DNA from: Catajapyx aquilonaris
Taxonomy: Eukaryota
Direction: 5' to 3'
Assembly: GCA_000934665.2 (NCBI GenBank)
Contig: KZ538387.1
Coordinates: 1 to 64,000, forward strand
Length of the DNA stretch: 64,000 nucleotides
The notes under the pieces are model-generated. The model did not search any database. It saw nothing but the letters and a program-made list of their open reading frames with translations, and was not told the DNA's origin. This document shows, one piece after another, positions 38,071-51,294 of this stretch (the stretch's first letter is position 1; every line of letters starts with the position of its first letter). The translations under genes were made by a program, and so were the position numbers.

Positions 38071-40118
38071 ATGATTGTGGAAGTGCTTGTGTTCATTGTT
38101 GTGCTGTTGCTTACTGCAAGCATATGGCAAAAATGGTCTCATACAACAGAGAAGTTTCCACCAGGTAAATTACACTTTAAATATTTTTAACTTATTATAA
38201 AAACTGTCACATTGAACTTTCAGGTCCATTGGGTCTACCTATTTTGGGCTACCTTCCATTTCTGGGTCGTGAGCCCCACAAAACCTTGACAAACCTGTCC
38301 AAGAAGTATGGTGACATATTCAGCATCTACTTAGGATCCACAAGGTCAGTCTTTATCTGATCATTAATTGCAGATATGAACATATTTAATTAAATTTTAG
38401 AGCCGTGGTGTTGAACAAAGTTGAGCATATTAGAGAGGCTGGAAAACGGGACGACTTTTCCGGACGTCCCGAGTTGGATTTCAATATCATGTGGGGCGGA
38501 GGAGGGACGGACAAAGTGCATGGTACGACACACAATGGACAGGTACCGTCAGTTGTCACATGCTTTGTCAATTGGCAGGGATCATATTCAACGAAGGAGA
38601 TGACTGGTCGGAGCTAAGGCGGTTCACACTGAGACATCTGAGGGACCTTGGGTTCGGAAGGAAAACAATGGAAGACCTCATATTGCATGAGGTGCAACAA
38701 TTGATCGGAAAGCTAGAGTATGTCATCACTATTTAGTTTCTTATAAATTCTTATAAATTTTGCACGATTTTTCAGAAGCAATATTAATGAGCCAGTGGCT
38801 GTTGAAAAGCTGTTCGAGATAAGTGTGATCAATGCTCTTTGGACACTGATAGCAGGAGATGGTTTCAAGACTGAAGATACGGATTTGATCGACACCATAG
38901 AGAAAATGACTAGGTAAGTGCAATGTCATCTGACATGCACAGTGTGTGTAATAAGTGTTGGTACAAAATAGGCATGTCGCAGAAGCAAACACGACCGGAC
39001 TGGTGTACTTCTTTCCTCGATTTTCTCGTCTGTTTCCGTTCATCTCTGGCTGGAACGAGTTCGAAAATGCAATTGTTAAAGTGCGGAACCTGTGCTTAGT
39101 AAGTAGCTTGTGCTGTATAATAATGATGGCTCTATAAATTTGTTTAACTTCAGGATGTGATCAACAAACATCGCAAACGCTCGTTCGATCCTGAACACCC
39201 CGATGACTTTATCGAAATATTTATGAAAATGATGCAGGAAACAAATGACAAGAATTCGTCATTCTACGGCTCGAAAGGAGGTCATGTACCCTGTTTAATG
39301 AAGCCTATCACAACAATAATAGTGTTTTGAATTTTCAGATGTTTCAATTCTGTCGACAGTAATGGATCTATTTGGTGCTGGAGTTGAAACGACCAGTTCT
39401 GGGATGTCATGGTCCGTCATGTTCATAGCTTATTTTCCACATGTCCAGAAGAAAATTCATGAGGAACTAGACTCTGTTGTAGGTCGACACAGAACTCCGT
39501 CGTTGACAGACAAGTATGTTTTATACACTGAAAGTGTGTATAATGTAATGTTGCAATATTCTTTTCAGGCTGCCATACTTGGAAGCAACAATTCAGGAAG
39601 TTATTCGATTCAGTGGTATGGTTCCATTGTTGCTTCATCACAAGGTGACTAGAGACGCAGGTGAGGCATTAATGTGATGTTTCACATATAGGTGTTATAT
39701 GATATGGTTTAGAGTTCCAGGGATACCATATCCCTAATGGTACTTTGGTGGTACTGAATGCGTACAATGCAGCTCATGACCCTAATCACTGGGACAAACC
39801 AGAGGAGTTCATGCCAGAGAGGTTCATCGGACCTGATGGATCACTAATAAGCAACGATGCTTTTCTCATATTTGGTGTCGGTATGTCCCACACCGATATT
39901 GTTATGATTCAAGAAATATTACCTGGTTTGTTTCCGCAGGTAAACGAGTCTGCATTGGTGAGCGTCTGGCCCGAAGTGAGATGTTCCTATTCCTCAGCTG
40001 CATCTTGCAAAAGTTCAGCCTGACTTTGCAGTCTGAACCTAAGCCTACTCTGAAGCCTCGATCACCTGGAATCGTGCTTCATCCTTCTCCATTCCTGCTC
40101 AAGCTGGCTCACAGATAA
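38071..40118 (+). CDS. Cytochrome P450, CYP2 clan (copy 6)
   Basis: Near-identical to copy 5; ends KLAHR*. Confidence 0.92.
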
Positions 40119-40395
40119 TATTAAAATAACAGTGACACTTACAAACAAATTAACAAGGGCAACTCAGAATTTTCTCAATAACATTGTGACAAAATAATGC
40201 AGCATGCGTAAACAACAATAATCAGCTGCATAAATATTCACTAACCTGCAGTAATCCTTAAAATTATGTGACAATTGAACACTGTAAGCAATAAATGGTG
40301 AACCTGTAAGAAATTCCAAAATATATTTATTGGTAACAAATTTAACAATAAAATATATTTCTCCAATGCCATGTCTTCCAATTCGTCGAAGAAGC

Positions 40396-41107
40396 TTATC
40401 CTGTCACCATCTGAGCCAGTTCAGGCATCGATTTAGCCATTTCCCTCAGAGACATGACAAATGCAGGAACGCACTTGATGGCTTTCAGAAACACCAAGCA
40501 ATTGACTCTTGCTATATCACGAACACTTCCAGCTGAAATTGTTACAACATGACCCAAATGTTCAGTTTCGGAGACACACTTAAGACACACTTAATACTAA
40601 TACACTCACCATTATCAAGAGCGCAGGTTATGAAATCTGACAGACCAGAAACAGCCTCTCCAATTTGACATACACCTCTGGCACCTAAAAGAATCTTGTC
40701 CAATTGCTCATTTGGGACAGGCATTCCAGCCTATAAAGGGGGAGTCAGTATGGTAACACTATTGGTCAAATTTGGCCTACTCACCCCTGCGAAGATTCCG
40801 TTAAAGAAAGACTTGAAGAAACACTGAAAATAATCATGGAGTGTAATGACACCATATTTATTATCAGTATTAAGTGCATACCTGAGGACTAAATGGCATG
40901 TTAGCCTTCATGGCCATAAATCCAGCTTTTCCCACATTCAAAGGGTCTACTAATTTACACTGTAATCATTAATGACACATGAATTACAATTTGCATATTT
41001 GATTGTAATTATCACTAGTTTCCTACCACTGAATTCTCGTCCCCCGCTTGTTGACTTTCATGGAATAAAGCTGCCAGAACACCAAAGTATATAACCGAAA
41101 TCTTCAT
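40396..41107 (-). CDS. Uncharacterised secreted 6-Cys protein, paralog A (151 aa); exons 41107-41027, 40959-40882, 40823-40785, 40730-40610, 40532-40396
   Basis: MKISVIYFGVLAALFHESQQAGDENSV|CKLVDPLNVGKAGFMAMKANMPFSPQ|CFFKSFFNGIFAG|AGMPVPNEQLDKILLGARGVCQIGEAVSGLSDFITCALDN|AGSVRDIARVNCLVFLKAIKCVPAFVMSLREMAKSMPELAQMVTG*; all introns GT-AG. Confidence 0.85.
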
Positions 41108-42286
41108 GGTTGAAGAGAACTAAGAGTAGTCTGGTACCGATGACTTTCTTTTATAAACTCACTTTTATTAAAGGTGTTGCGTACCTTGCTGAAGATATTA
41201 TATTTACAGCTGATATTATTTTCTGCATTGTTCTACGCTCCGGACATGAATAAAATTTACGAGTGTTTTTATAGATCAGGTTGGAGAATAGGTGGCTGAA
41301 ATTTTTATTGCAACCTATGTTACCATTCAATATGACGTATGGTGACCAATGATAATATTCTTTTCTTCATACAAACAATTCAAGAAAACTTGTAGAGAGA
41401 GAGATGGATTGGCATGTAAGTCACTTTGCTTAAAACCTGTAGTAAATTTCTGACGTAATCATTAGGAAAATATCATAGAGCCCTATTTTATTGTCCATAA
41501 AGAAGCTGTGATTTTATATCTAGTTTATCAACTGTAAAGTTATACAGACCTTGTCATAAAACGATGGTTCTTGCCACTGTAGTTCTTGCCCTGCAGTAAG
41601 AATGATCAATTGTTTTACTTGACATCTGGATTTCATTTTTAATATAAAGGAGGAGTCAGGCATGTCTAGATGTATACAAATTATACAGAAACATTTTCTG
41701 TGTTTGCATCAATATCGACGTGTGAAATCAAATTAATATGAAAGATGAATTCACTAAGAGTCATTGTCTCAGAAGTTACTAAAATTTGGAATATAAAATT
41801 TTACTGTCACATATTTGTTCATTTTTAAATGACTGCTAGGGTATTATTACCTGCTGTAGAGTAATTGAAATATAGTTACCACATTTCTCTGCAATTCCTT
41901 CTGCTTCCATGAAATCCCAGAGTCCATATCGTTGCCAGTAAAGTAGTTCATAGAAGCTCATCAAGTTTTCAAGTAACATGATGATCGTACGGTATGTCAG
42001 AAAATTATCAACGTGTCAACGTGTCAAACTAAGAAAAAGAAATCTGAAATGAAGTAGAGGCCTACTTTAGAATACCGATGAAATAATTAGGGACGATTTC
42101 TATTCTTATTATTGAAAAAAAATATTCATGAAAATGTCTAATGAACAGAGTTCAACATCAGGGAACGTTCAAGTGAGTTCAGGCAGGAATTATTTTTTAT
42201 TTCATCCAGACATCAATATGCACACAATTTGTTCAAAACATTCTTGTCGATCCTGATGAGTTGCAATCTTCTCCAGGTGATAATAA

Positions 42287-43149
42287 TCAGCCCGTAAGGA
42301 GACTCGCAGTCTCAGGAAGAGCCTTGGCAAATTCCTTCAATGCCCTAAGGAATGACGGAACACATTTCACTGCCTTCCAAAATACCAGGCAGCTCGCTTT
42401 CTTAAGATCAACATCACCAGCTGTAAACAATGCCCATATGATCAGTTATATATATAAAAATTAAAGCAACAATTAAGGTGCACCTACATGTGTTCAGAGC
42501 ACATCCCAGGAATTCTCCAAAGCCTGAGATAGCTTCTTGAACTTCGCAGACACCTCTAAGTCCGTTAATCAAGCTCGAAACCTTTTTAACTGGCCCTTCG
42601 AACTCAAGCGCTGACTGTAATCCAGTAATGCACATTAATTAGGATGGTTTATGTTGGCATTTAAAAATTCACACCAGCTAGATTCACTTACTGATTCCAT
42701 TAATCCAATAAGAAATGTCCGGAAGAAACACTGCAAAATTAATATTAATACTATATTAATTTTTATAGCTAAATTAAGCAAAAAATCAAAATCTTGTTGT
42801 AACAATGCAGAGCCTACCTACATTTTTAATTTCAATTTTAGCAATACATGTTTAATGTGAAATGCGGATAAATACGTGAGGTTTCCATGGCATTGTTGCC
42901 TTCATGGTAGAAAGACCAAGCTTCACGATGGCTAGAGGCGATAGCAGTTTGCACTGAAATGAGAATAATAATAATAATTCAAATTGTCATCAACTGACAA
43001 CTATAGAAGATTGATAAATTAGTAGTTAATATTTCGCTAAGCATTTCTGTGTGTGTTCTTACCACGGAATTTTCCCCAACACCATGACTAGTGCGAATTT
43101 GTCCTAAAATGAACACCACACCCAGGGAGAGAAATAATGGTGTCTTCAT
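42287..43149 (-). CDS. 6-Cys family paralog B (154 aa); exons 43149-43063, 42953-42876, 42730-42692, 42614-42488, 42420-42287
   Basis: MKTPLFLSLGVVFILGQIRTSHGVGENSV|CKLLSPLAIVKLGLSTMKATMPWKPH|CFFRTFLIGLMES|SALEFEGPVKKVSSLINGLRGVCEVQEAISGFGEFLGCALNT|SGDVDLKKASCLVFWKAVKCVPSFLRALKEFAKALPETASLLTG*. Confidence 0.87.
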
Positions 43150-43309
43150 GGCTACAGCGCAGAATAGATACTGGGCTGTAAAACTTGCACCGACCTGTAT
43201 TTATCAACTCGCCATTTGCGCATTTGCATTGCAATACACCTCCTTTCTTAGTAGTTTTACACTCGAACGTTTGGTATCCTAATAGAAAATGTATTCACAC
43301 ATGTCAAAA

Positions 43310-43540
43310 GTTATTATTTTGGGAGAATCGGCGCTCCATTAGGGGGGGGGGGGTGGAATACCACCATTGGATGGGGCCAAGGACAAGGAAGCGGCTGTGG
43401 CCTATTATACGGAAACGATCCCGGAATTGTCCTGGGGGAAAACCACGGTCAGGATCGACGTCCCCGTGACTCGAACCCAAGACCTCCCGATTAGCAGTCG
43501 GGCTCCTTAACCACCACACCAACTTACGTCGTACTTCGGT
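43310..43540 (-). mobile_element. SINE S2 copy
   Basis: ccgaag...gactgctaatcgggaggtcttgggttcgagtc head; body homologous to 6333-6611. Confidence 0.75.
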
Positions 43541-44030
43541 CACACATGTCAATAGTTGAATAGTGAATTTGTGCGGATTTAATATTTGTGCAGAAATATT
43601 TTTATACTTTTAATCGGAAATTGATAATTTAAGTGGAAGTTGAGCCCTACTTTAACTACTAAAATATGAAGAAAGATAAATCAAATCTACTTCCACTGAA
43701 ATTAATTAAAACAATTATTATTTCCTTACACTCATGGACGTGATTTCCAATTTATTGTTTCTCCATTTTAATCGCAATTTCTAATAAAAATTATAGAATT
43801 TTCCTCCCAATAATTTTCATATCAACCCAGATCATCCTGTGAAGTTGCTTTACTTAATCGTGACTATGTGGTATATTATATTGAAGGCTTCAAAAGTTGA
43901 TCGTTAAAATAATAATGATTATATGGAGAGTAAAAAAATGCAGAATATAAGAAAAATGGTCAGGTTTCTCTTCCACTTAAAAAATGACCTCAAGATGTCT
44001 CGTCTCGAGGAAAAAATCTTAACCTTTGCC

Positions 44031-44172
44031 CAAGGGGTTAGCAACTCCCTGGAACCGGTGTATACACTGGCTGAGGAAGCGGGTGGAACCGGGTGGAACC
44101 GGATGGAACCGGATGGAACCTCCCGGTTCCAGGATCTGGTGTACACTTTTTTGGGGAGTTGCTAACCCCTTG
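44031..44172. mobile_element. Small MITE-like element with internal 10-bp ggaaccgg(a/g)t repeats
   Basis: caaggggttagcaactccc ... gggagttgctaaccccttg. Confidence 0.6.
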
Positions 44173-44503
44173 CCTTTGGCCTTTATTTTTACATTGTTCA
44201 CAACCCCCTCTGTAATCTCTGGCTATAGTCGATGTCAGTTGGGATGATTGCCCATAGACGGTCAAGGTGTCGGAATGTCTATTGTAATCTCACATAAATA
44301 TATTGGCTCAAATATAATTTCATTTTTAAACACCTCTGAATTTTGTCAAATGAGTAAAGGAAACATGTTACATAATAATGGCGATTTGGCATTTATTATT
44401 TTGCCAAATAATCTCTTGAGCAGACTCCAATTACTGATATCATTCAGAACCGATTTTATTTCGGAAAGGAATAAGTACACATGATTCGAAGCATTCTTGC
44501 AGA

Positions 44504-45916
44504 TCAATCATCTTTTCTAAGGATATCTTGAGTAATTCCAATGATAGCGTCAGGAAGAGTCCGGAGAAATTCCTTAACAGCTCTAACAAAACTTGGGACG
44601 CACTTCGCAGCCTTCCAAAATACCAGGCAGCTCGCACCCTTAAGGTCAACTGTACTAGCTGCAACATAAATCATAAGATCAATTGTGATAATAAGGTAAC
44701 AATATTAAGGTGTACGTACCTGAGTCCAGGGCGCAGTCCAGGAATTCATTAAACCCTGAAATCGCCTCTTCCGCTTCGCATATATCTCTAAGTGCGTTTA
44801 TGAAGTCTCCCATTTTCATAAAGCTTTGGAGCTCCGTCGTTGACTGCAATCAAGTATCAAGTTAATTATGGACGGGCTTTATGTTCATGTGTAAACCTTT
44901 CACACCAGTTAGCTTCACTTACTGATGTAAATAGTCCATCGAAGAATAACCGGAAGAAACACTGAAAGATAACCTCCATATTAATATCATATTTGCTGTA
45001 GGATTATAAAGTATGGCCACTTTCTCAGAAAGGGAAGTGACGTGTGATGACGCCTTATGAAACGTCGTCATCACACGTCACGTCCATACTTTACTGGGCA
45101 GGAGAAGATTGTCGTCTACGCATAGACGACAATCCCAGTGAGCTTCAAGTATCCCATCCGATCGTGCCTCTGATTGGTGCTTTATGAAACGTCATCATAC
45201 GTCATTTCTGGAAGTGGTCATACTTTATACAAGTAAGGTTAAAACTAGGGTATTGAGCATTTTCCGTCTGTCATTTTTTGAGGAGTAAATGTGTGAAGTT
45301 TGAGTATATGTGACGCAAGACCTACACTTTAAAACAATATTGTACCAATACATGCTTAATATGAAATCCGGATAAGTACGTGAGGTTTCCAGGGCAGTGT
45401 TGTCTTCACGGTATCCATAGCAAGCTTCGCAATGAACATGGGCGACATTACTTTGCACTGAAACGAAAAGAATATAATATAATGCAAGCTTTATTATGTA
45501 CTTTTGAACCAAAATTGGTCCAAAATTGCAGAAAATAAATACGAGCCTACATACTATCTGTCAATGTGCAATGGTCTATAAACCCAGCTACAGTTACGAG
45601 GAAAATACGTCATGAGAACAAGTGCCATTATATTGGATACTAGCATTAAAATATTTAATTATATATAATATAATGATAATGGATACCTGTTCAGGCTCTG
45701 ACTTGAGAAATTGCGATAAGAAATGAATAAGCACACCAGGGTCGTAGTGCAATGTAACATTTACTGATAAATTACAGCACAATTAACGAAACACTGTTAT
45801 TCATTAGGATTTTGCAACTAATATGACCTTACCGTTGAAAGTTCCCTTCCCATACATGTGTGAATTTGCCCTAACGTTATGAGCACACCCAGGGAGAGAA
45901 TTAACTGTGTCTTCAT
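44504..45916 (-). CDS. 6-Cys family paralog C; exons 45916-45833, 45457-45380, 44961-44923, 44843-44720, 44658-44504
   Basis: MKTQLILSLGVLITLGQIHTCMGRELST|CKVMSPMFIAKLAMDTVKTTLPWKPH|CFFRLFFDGLFTS|STTELQSFMKMGDFINALRDICEAEEAISGFNEFLDCALDS|ASTVDLKGASCLVFWKAAKCVPSFVRAVKEFLRTLPDAIIGITQDILRKDD*. Confidence 0.87.
45005..45229. mobile_element. MITE in intron 2 of paralog C
   Basis: tataaagtatggccactt ... aagtggtcatactttata, with internal hairpins. Confidence 0.65.
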
Positions 45917-46124
45917 AGTTGCAGTGCTAGACTGATACTGGACTGTAGATACTGCACCGACAAGTACTTATAAACTCGCAAAGCCTGTGTATGCAAATGG
46001 TTACCTATACCTAGAGTAATACACTTACAACGTGATGATACTACGCTGTAAGGTGTAATTCTACAGTAATATACTGTATAAAGAAAAACTCTACTACTTT
46101 AAGAGGAAGAAATAATTTATTTAA

Positions 46125-46243
46125 CCTCCTGAGACTCCTGGTACAGTATACTGTACCTTTGTTTTTTCCAGCACCTTCTGACTAACTCAAACGCGTAAAA
46201 AACACACAAATGTACAGTATACTGTACCAGGAGTCTCAGGAGG
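46125..46243. mobile_element. piggyBac-type MITE
   Basis: TTAA| perfect 32-bp TIR cctcctgagactcctggtacagtatactgtac ... |TTAA. Confidence 0.85.
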
Positions 46244-46905
46244 TTAACAAACTACCTACCACTAATAATTATTGTTCTCAAAACCGCGCACCTTAATAAT
46301 AATCATCATTTGAGTACTCTTAGCAATGTATGGACAAAATTGTGACATTGCATCAAGGAATTTTCTCGTGTGAACACTCATGCCAGGAGTTTCATCTAAT
46401 TGGTAATGTTTAGTGAGGCTTCATGAATAAGCATGTTTTGAAAGTTTGGTAAATAACAATTAATGTAACAATTGAAATTAAAGTTGGTGCCACTTACTCT
46501 CTAATATTGATATTTGGGGATGTTCATGGCCTTGTTTCTTAGTAAGTTTCATTAGTATGACCTCCCTTGCACAGAGAGAATGTTACTCGCTACGCTTCGA
46601 CCCCCCCTGCGCGCCTTCGGCCCTTGGCATCCCCGTCCGTTGGCACTACATTCGGGATTGGTGCGAGATCTCCTCCGTTAGGGCCTTTTTATGATTCAGA
46701 ACCAGATTTTTATTAGGAAAAACCGTGGACTCAAGAAATCCAAATCCAAATTGACTTCTTTCAACATGGGCCTCCCAAAACTGAAAACCACAGTCAAGAA
46801 ATAATATATTCCAATCAATTGTGACGATTTTATTTCTTCCGGAAATTATTATGTACAGAGTCAGTAGAAGTTCAGGCGTTGCAATCTTCTGTTGGGGATT
46901 GGTAA

Positions 46906-47679
46906 TCAGCCGAATAGGCCTGAAGCAGTCTGAGGAATAGACTTGGCAAAGGATTTTATCGCTCTAATAAATTGGGGCAAGCACTTCACAGCCTTCAAAA
47001 ATACAAGGCATCTCGCACTCTTGAAATCAACATCACCAGCTGTAAACGACAACCCCATCACATTATCAGAAATATTCATTGTAACAATTGCGATGTACAT
47101 ACATGTTTGTAATACACATGAGAGGAATTCTCCAAAACCAGCAACCGATTCTTGCAATTCACAGATAGTTCTAAGTGCGTATATCAAGCCCGAAAGTGAA
47201 TTCCCTTGGAAGTCATGCGTTCCCTGCAATCCAGAAAGACAGATTAATTATGGATATCGTCTTAGTTTCTTATTACAATATTTTGTTCGATACTTGCAAA
47301 TACCATGTTCAAACTTTCGGTTCACTTACTGCTTCATATATTCCAACGAAAAATCTCCGGAAGAAACACTGGAAATATTAACTTGTGTTAATATCCTGTA
47401 ACGTAACATTAATTAGATATGCACAACAGGATAAATACGTGGGGACTCCATGGGAAAGATGCCTTCATGGCACTCATACCAATCTTCATGATGGCAACTG
47501 GTGTTAAAATTTTGCACTGAAATTAGTAATTTTAATTTATTGAAAGCCTAATGCTACTGCTAGTATAGTAGTCTAATAATAAAAATCCTTACCGCTGAAT
47601 TTTCCCCAGCACCCTGACAAGTGTGAATCTTCCCTAACGATATGATAACACCCAGAGAAAGAATGAACGGCATCTTCAT
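46906..47679 (-). CDS. 6-Cys family paralog D; exons 47679-47593, 47516-47439, 47368-47330, 47223-47103, 47039-46906
   Basis: MKMPFILSLGVIISLGKIHTCQGAGENSA|CKILTPVAIMKIGMSAMKASFPWSPH|CFFRRFFVGIYEA|GTHDFQGNSLSGLIYALRTICELQESVAGFGEFLSCVLQT|SGDVDFKSARCLVFLKAVKCLPQFIRAIKSFAKSIPQTASGLFG*. Confidence 0.87.
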
Positions 47680-48137
47680 GGCTGCAGTGTCAGATACATA
47701 CTGAAGTAAATCGCTCATACAATGACCTATATTTATAATCTCGCAAGTCTTGAACAGTTGTATCGAGAAATTCTCAGAAGGTTTTACACCATACTGTTTA
47801 GTACCCTTGTTATTGCAATGCTTGTTGTTGTAAACATGTTGGTGTGTAATTCAATAATTGTAGAACTATGGAATAATTATCTTGTCTTCAAAGAGTGTGA
47901 TAGGTCGATACAAAATGTACCGCACAGTGCTGCAGGCATTTCTAGCAACAAAAGGACTGCCACATGCGCATTATTTAATGCTCATGACCTAGTCTTTGTC
48001 ATATTTGGCTCAAGTGATAGACAGCCCGCATTTTATATGCAGCGCAAAGCCATAAATTTTTATAGCATTCTACAAGATATACAGTACAGTATAAAACTAT
48101 TCACTGAGTTGTATTGTGACGTAAATACTTAATATTG

Positions 48138-48286
48138 TCGAGTTTATAAGAGTATAAGTCGGTGATGTATCTACGTCAGTAGGCTATCTATCCGACATTG
48201 GAAACACGAAGACACCATATGGTATCTCTTGATTTTAGGCCTCTCATACTATCCATAGTCATCGTTCTGAGGAAAATTCGGCGTAA
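48138..48286 (+). pseudogene. Relic promoter and exon 1 of a plus-strand 6-Cys paralog (ATG>ACG at 48206)
   Basis: cgagtttataag...tggaaacACGAAGACACCATAT...gaggaaaattcggcgtaa mirrors paralog G exon 1 (tggaaccATGAAGACACCATAT...ggggaagattcggcg|gtaa). Confidence 0.7.
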
Positions 48287-48304
48287 TTTTAAATATATAT
48301 TGAA

Positions 48305-48565
48305 CTAGCAGGATACCCGGCGTAGCTCGGCAACTGAACAGGGATTGTTTATACCAAAATGCGGATTATTAGAACAGGGGGACAATGTCCCAAAGTCCTT
48401 TCCGTCTCCTGTGGCCAAGGATGACGTCGGAGGTCAATTCCAATGTCCTTAAAACCTTCCCAGTAAAAAACTACCCCTAGTGATACCCCTGGGGCATATG
48501 TGGAGGCCTCCGTATGGATCTGATGAGGTCATAACAGGACAGACAGACAGATATACGTCGAGAAC
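48305..48565 (-). mobile_element. Non-autonomous Helitron family H2 (5'-truncated)
   Basis: Minus strand ends ccgagctacgccgggtatcctgCTAG|T with (TGTC)n; near-identical to 58538-58803. Confidence 0.75.
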
Positions 48566-48894
48566 CGACATACCGTAGTAACAGGGAAGCAGTGGAACTG
48601 TTAGGATTTTGGTCTAACCAATCGATGAGTTTGTTTCAATGTTTCTGGCCTTTCTTGTAGAGTAATCTTCATTTGTAAATATATCCAGGGATAATTAGTA
48701 AAATTGTAGAAATGCAGCTGACAAATGCAGGAACAATATTTAAGTAAGTTTGCTAAATTGCAGCTTGGGGTACTCCCGACAGGTGGCGTTGGTCACATTC
48801 TGAAAAATTCTGAAAGAGTTCTTCCAGCCAAAATACATAGTGGACTACTCAGATGAAGATTTTATTTCTTCAGCAACATATACACATTATTTTA

Positions 48895-49229
48895 GCACTT
48901 GTATCGTCCTAATTTGGGCATCTGGCACGGTACCTTTATTTGCTTAAGATGTACAAGCTTTTACAGGTGGTCCTTTTCCGTATCGCCCGGGTACCACGAG
49001 CGAAGGTGGGATGAATAGGAGGGGATGTGCAATGTGCAATGCAATGTCTGAACTTGGTCATTTTGTGAACTCCCCCCGGGTGGCTTAGTCTGTCGGAGAT
49101 TGCCACCCGAAATGAAGCCAGAGATGGCCCAACTCTGCACGGATAAAGGTGGGAACCCCGGGTGGGGATTGAACCCGGGACCTTAATATCCGTGGGCACG
49201 CGCGTTACCGCGGCGCCACTTCATCTCCC
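48895..49229 (-). mobile_element. SINE S1 variant inserted in the last coding exon of paralog E
   Basis: Head gggagatgaagtggcgccgcggtaacg...ggttcaatcc; tail resembles the 13240 copy. Confidence 0.82.
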
Positions 49230-50188
49230 TAACACACTAGTTAAAGCATCAGGAAAAGTCACAAGAAATTCCTTAGTCGCTTTGAGTAAATGCGGCACAC
49301 ACTTCGCAGCTCTCCAAAACACAAAGCATCCAGACTTCTCAATTTCAACATGACCAGCTGTAACAAGAACCTAGGTTTTAAAACCAGTTTGACAATTGAC
49401 TCGAAATGTACCTACCTGTGTGTAGGGTGCACTCCACGAATTCTTTAAAACCCGTAAGAGATTCCTGCGCTTCGCAGAGGCTTCCAAGTGCGTCAAAGAA
49501 GCCCCCGACAGTAGCTACTTTGAATTTGTACGATGACTGCAAACCAATAATTCATGTTAGTTAGTAAGCTCAATTAGGCTTCTAATTGAACATTACATCA
49601 GATAGTTCAATACTTGTAAATACCAACATTCAAACGTGAGCTTCACTTACTGCGTCATGTAACCCAAGAAGAAATTCCCGGATGAAGCACTGGAAAATTA
49701 ACTTACATCAATAACAAAATAATGGAGTTAACTTAAACATACTGTATTCATTAAAAATTTTAATTATTTTCTAATATTACAACTTGACATAAATTTACAG
49801 TAGTTTTGGCAACACCAATTGCAATACTTTAAACCAATATCAAAAAATACGAAAGACGCGTATTATGTTAAATATCAGATAAATACGTGAGCTCTAAAGG
49901 GCAGGCTGGCCTTCAATGCTCGAGTAGCAGTATGCACGAGGGCTATGGGCGATAAAAATTTGCACTGAAATGAGGAATATGAGAGTATAATATAACAACA
50001 ACATCAACATTAGAGGAAAAAAAAACATTGGTCTTCTAATGACTTCTGGTGACATTTTGTCAATAACAGGTCATAACCTACTGACATTATCATATCCTTA
50101 CCACGGAATGTTCTCCGTCGCCCTGACAAGTGCGAAATTCCCCTAAAGTTATGAGCACTCCTAGGGAGAGAAATAACGGTGACTTCAT
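49221..50188 (-). CDS. 6-Cys family paralog E; exons 50188-50102, 49964-49887, 49689-49651, 49536-49416, 49357-49221
   Basis: MKSPLFLSLGVLITLGEFRTCQGDGEHSV|CKFLSPIALVHTATRALKASLPFRAH|CFIREFLLGLHDA|SSYKFKVATVGGFFDALGSLCEAQESLTGFKEFVECTLHT|AGHVEIEKSGCFVFWRAAKCVPHLLKATKEFLVTFPDALTSVLGR* (last codons SINE-derived). Confidence 0.83.
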
Positions 50189-50515
50189 GGTTTCAAAGCT
50201 GGGCTGATACTGAGCCGCAGATACTGAGACGACATATACTTATAAACTCGCTTTTCCTTTTCCATTTGAATATAGAAACGCACCTAAGTAAATGTCAACA
50301 TTGTCAAGTTATAAGCCTACAGATGTGGTCACCGATGCACAAAATGCGCTTCAAAAAATGTTTTAAAATTTTACAAAAATCATAACTTCCATATGCATTG
50401 TTCGAATATTCATGACGTAGTCTTTGTCATATTTTTCTCAAGAGATATTTTATGCAGCAAAAAGCAGGAAATTTTACTGCCATAACAGACGCGCTGCAAT
50501 ATAAAACTGTTCATA

Positions 50516-50621
50516 TGAACTTTATAGGTACAAAAGGGAAGCGCTACATTGGGGGACCCAACATGGTCGCCGGTGGCCATGTTGTGTAGCGCTTGGAACC
50601 CTTTTGTACCTATAAAGTTCA
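50516..50621. mobile_element. Palindromic mini-element; an S2 SINE head follows at ~50660-50735 (minus)
   Basis: tgaactttataggtacaaaaggg...cccttttgtacctataaagttca. Confidence 0.6.
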
Positions 50622-51197
50622 GGGTAGTCCGGTGGGGTCGCCACATATCAGTGCAGTGAAAGGCCCCGGGATTTGATCCCAGGACCTCCCGATTAGCAGT
50701 CTGACACCATATCCCCTACTCCAAACTGCTTCGGTCTTAGCCCTACTATAATACACTGTAAGTTCTGTAATATTTTATAACGTCTGTGATATACGGGGTG
50801 TTCCCTGTAATTCGGGACACACTTCTAGGGGTAATAAAGGGGACCAAGACAAGCATTTTTGACAAAGGAACCCGTGTCCGGAAACTCCATCTAGAGGGGG
50901 TTCATATACAAGGAACGGGTGCGCTCAGACGCGTCAGGCGAGAGGCGCTAGGCGAGCGGACTGTTTTCTTGATAGATGGCGCCCCCACAGTGTTGCAGGT
51001 ATTTCTGGCAACATAAAGACTGCCACATGCGTATTATTTAATGTTCATGACCTAGTCTTTGTCATATGTCGCTCAAGTGATAGACAGCCCGCATTTAATA
51101 TGCAGCGCCAAGCTATTAATTGTTTTACTAGCATACCATAAGATTTACAGTATAAAACTATTCACTGAGTTGTATTGTGATGCATATACTTGAGATT

Positions 51198-51294
51198 GGC
51201 GAGTTTATACGTAGAAGTCGGTAATGTATCTACGTCAGTAGGCTATCTATCCGACATTGGAAACACGAAGACACCATATATGGTCTCTCTTGGG
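51198..51294 (+). pseudogene. Second relic promoter and exon 1 of a plus-strand 6-Cys paralog (ACG at 51265)
   Basis: ggcgagtttata...tggaaacACGAAGACACCATATATGGTCTCTCTTGGG; near-identical to the 48138 relic. Confidence 0.65.
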
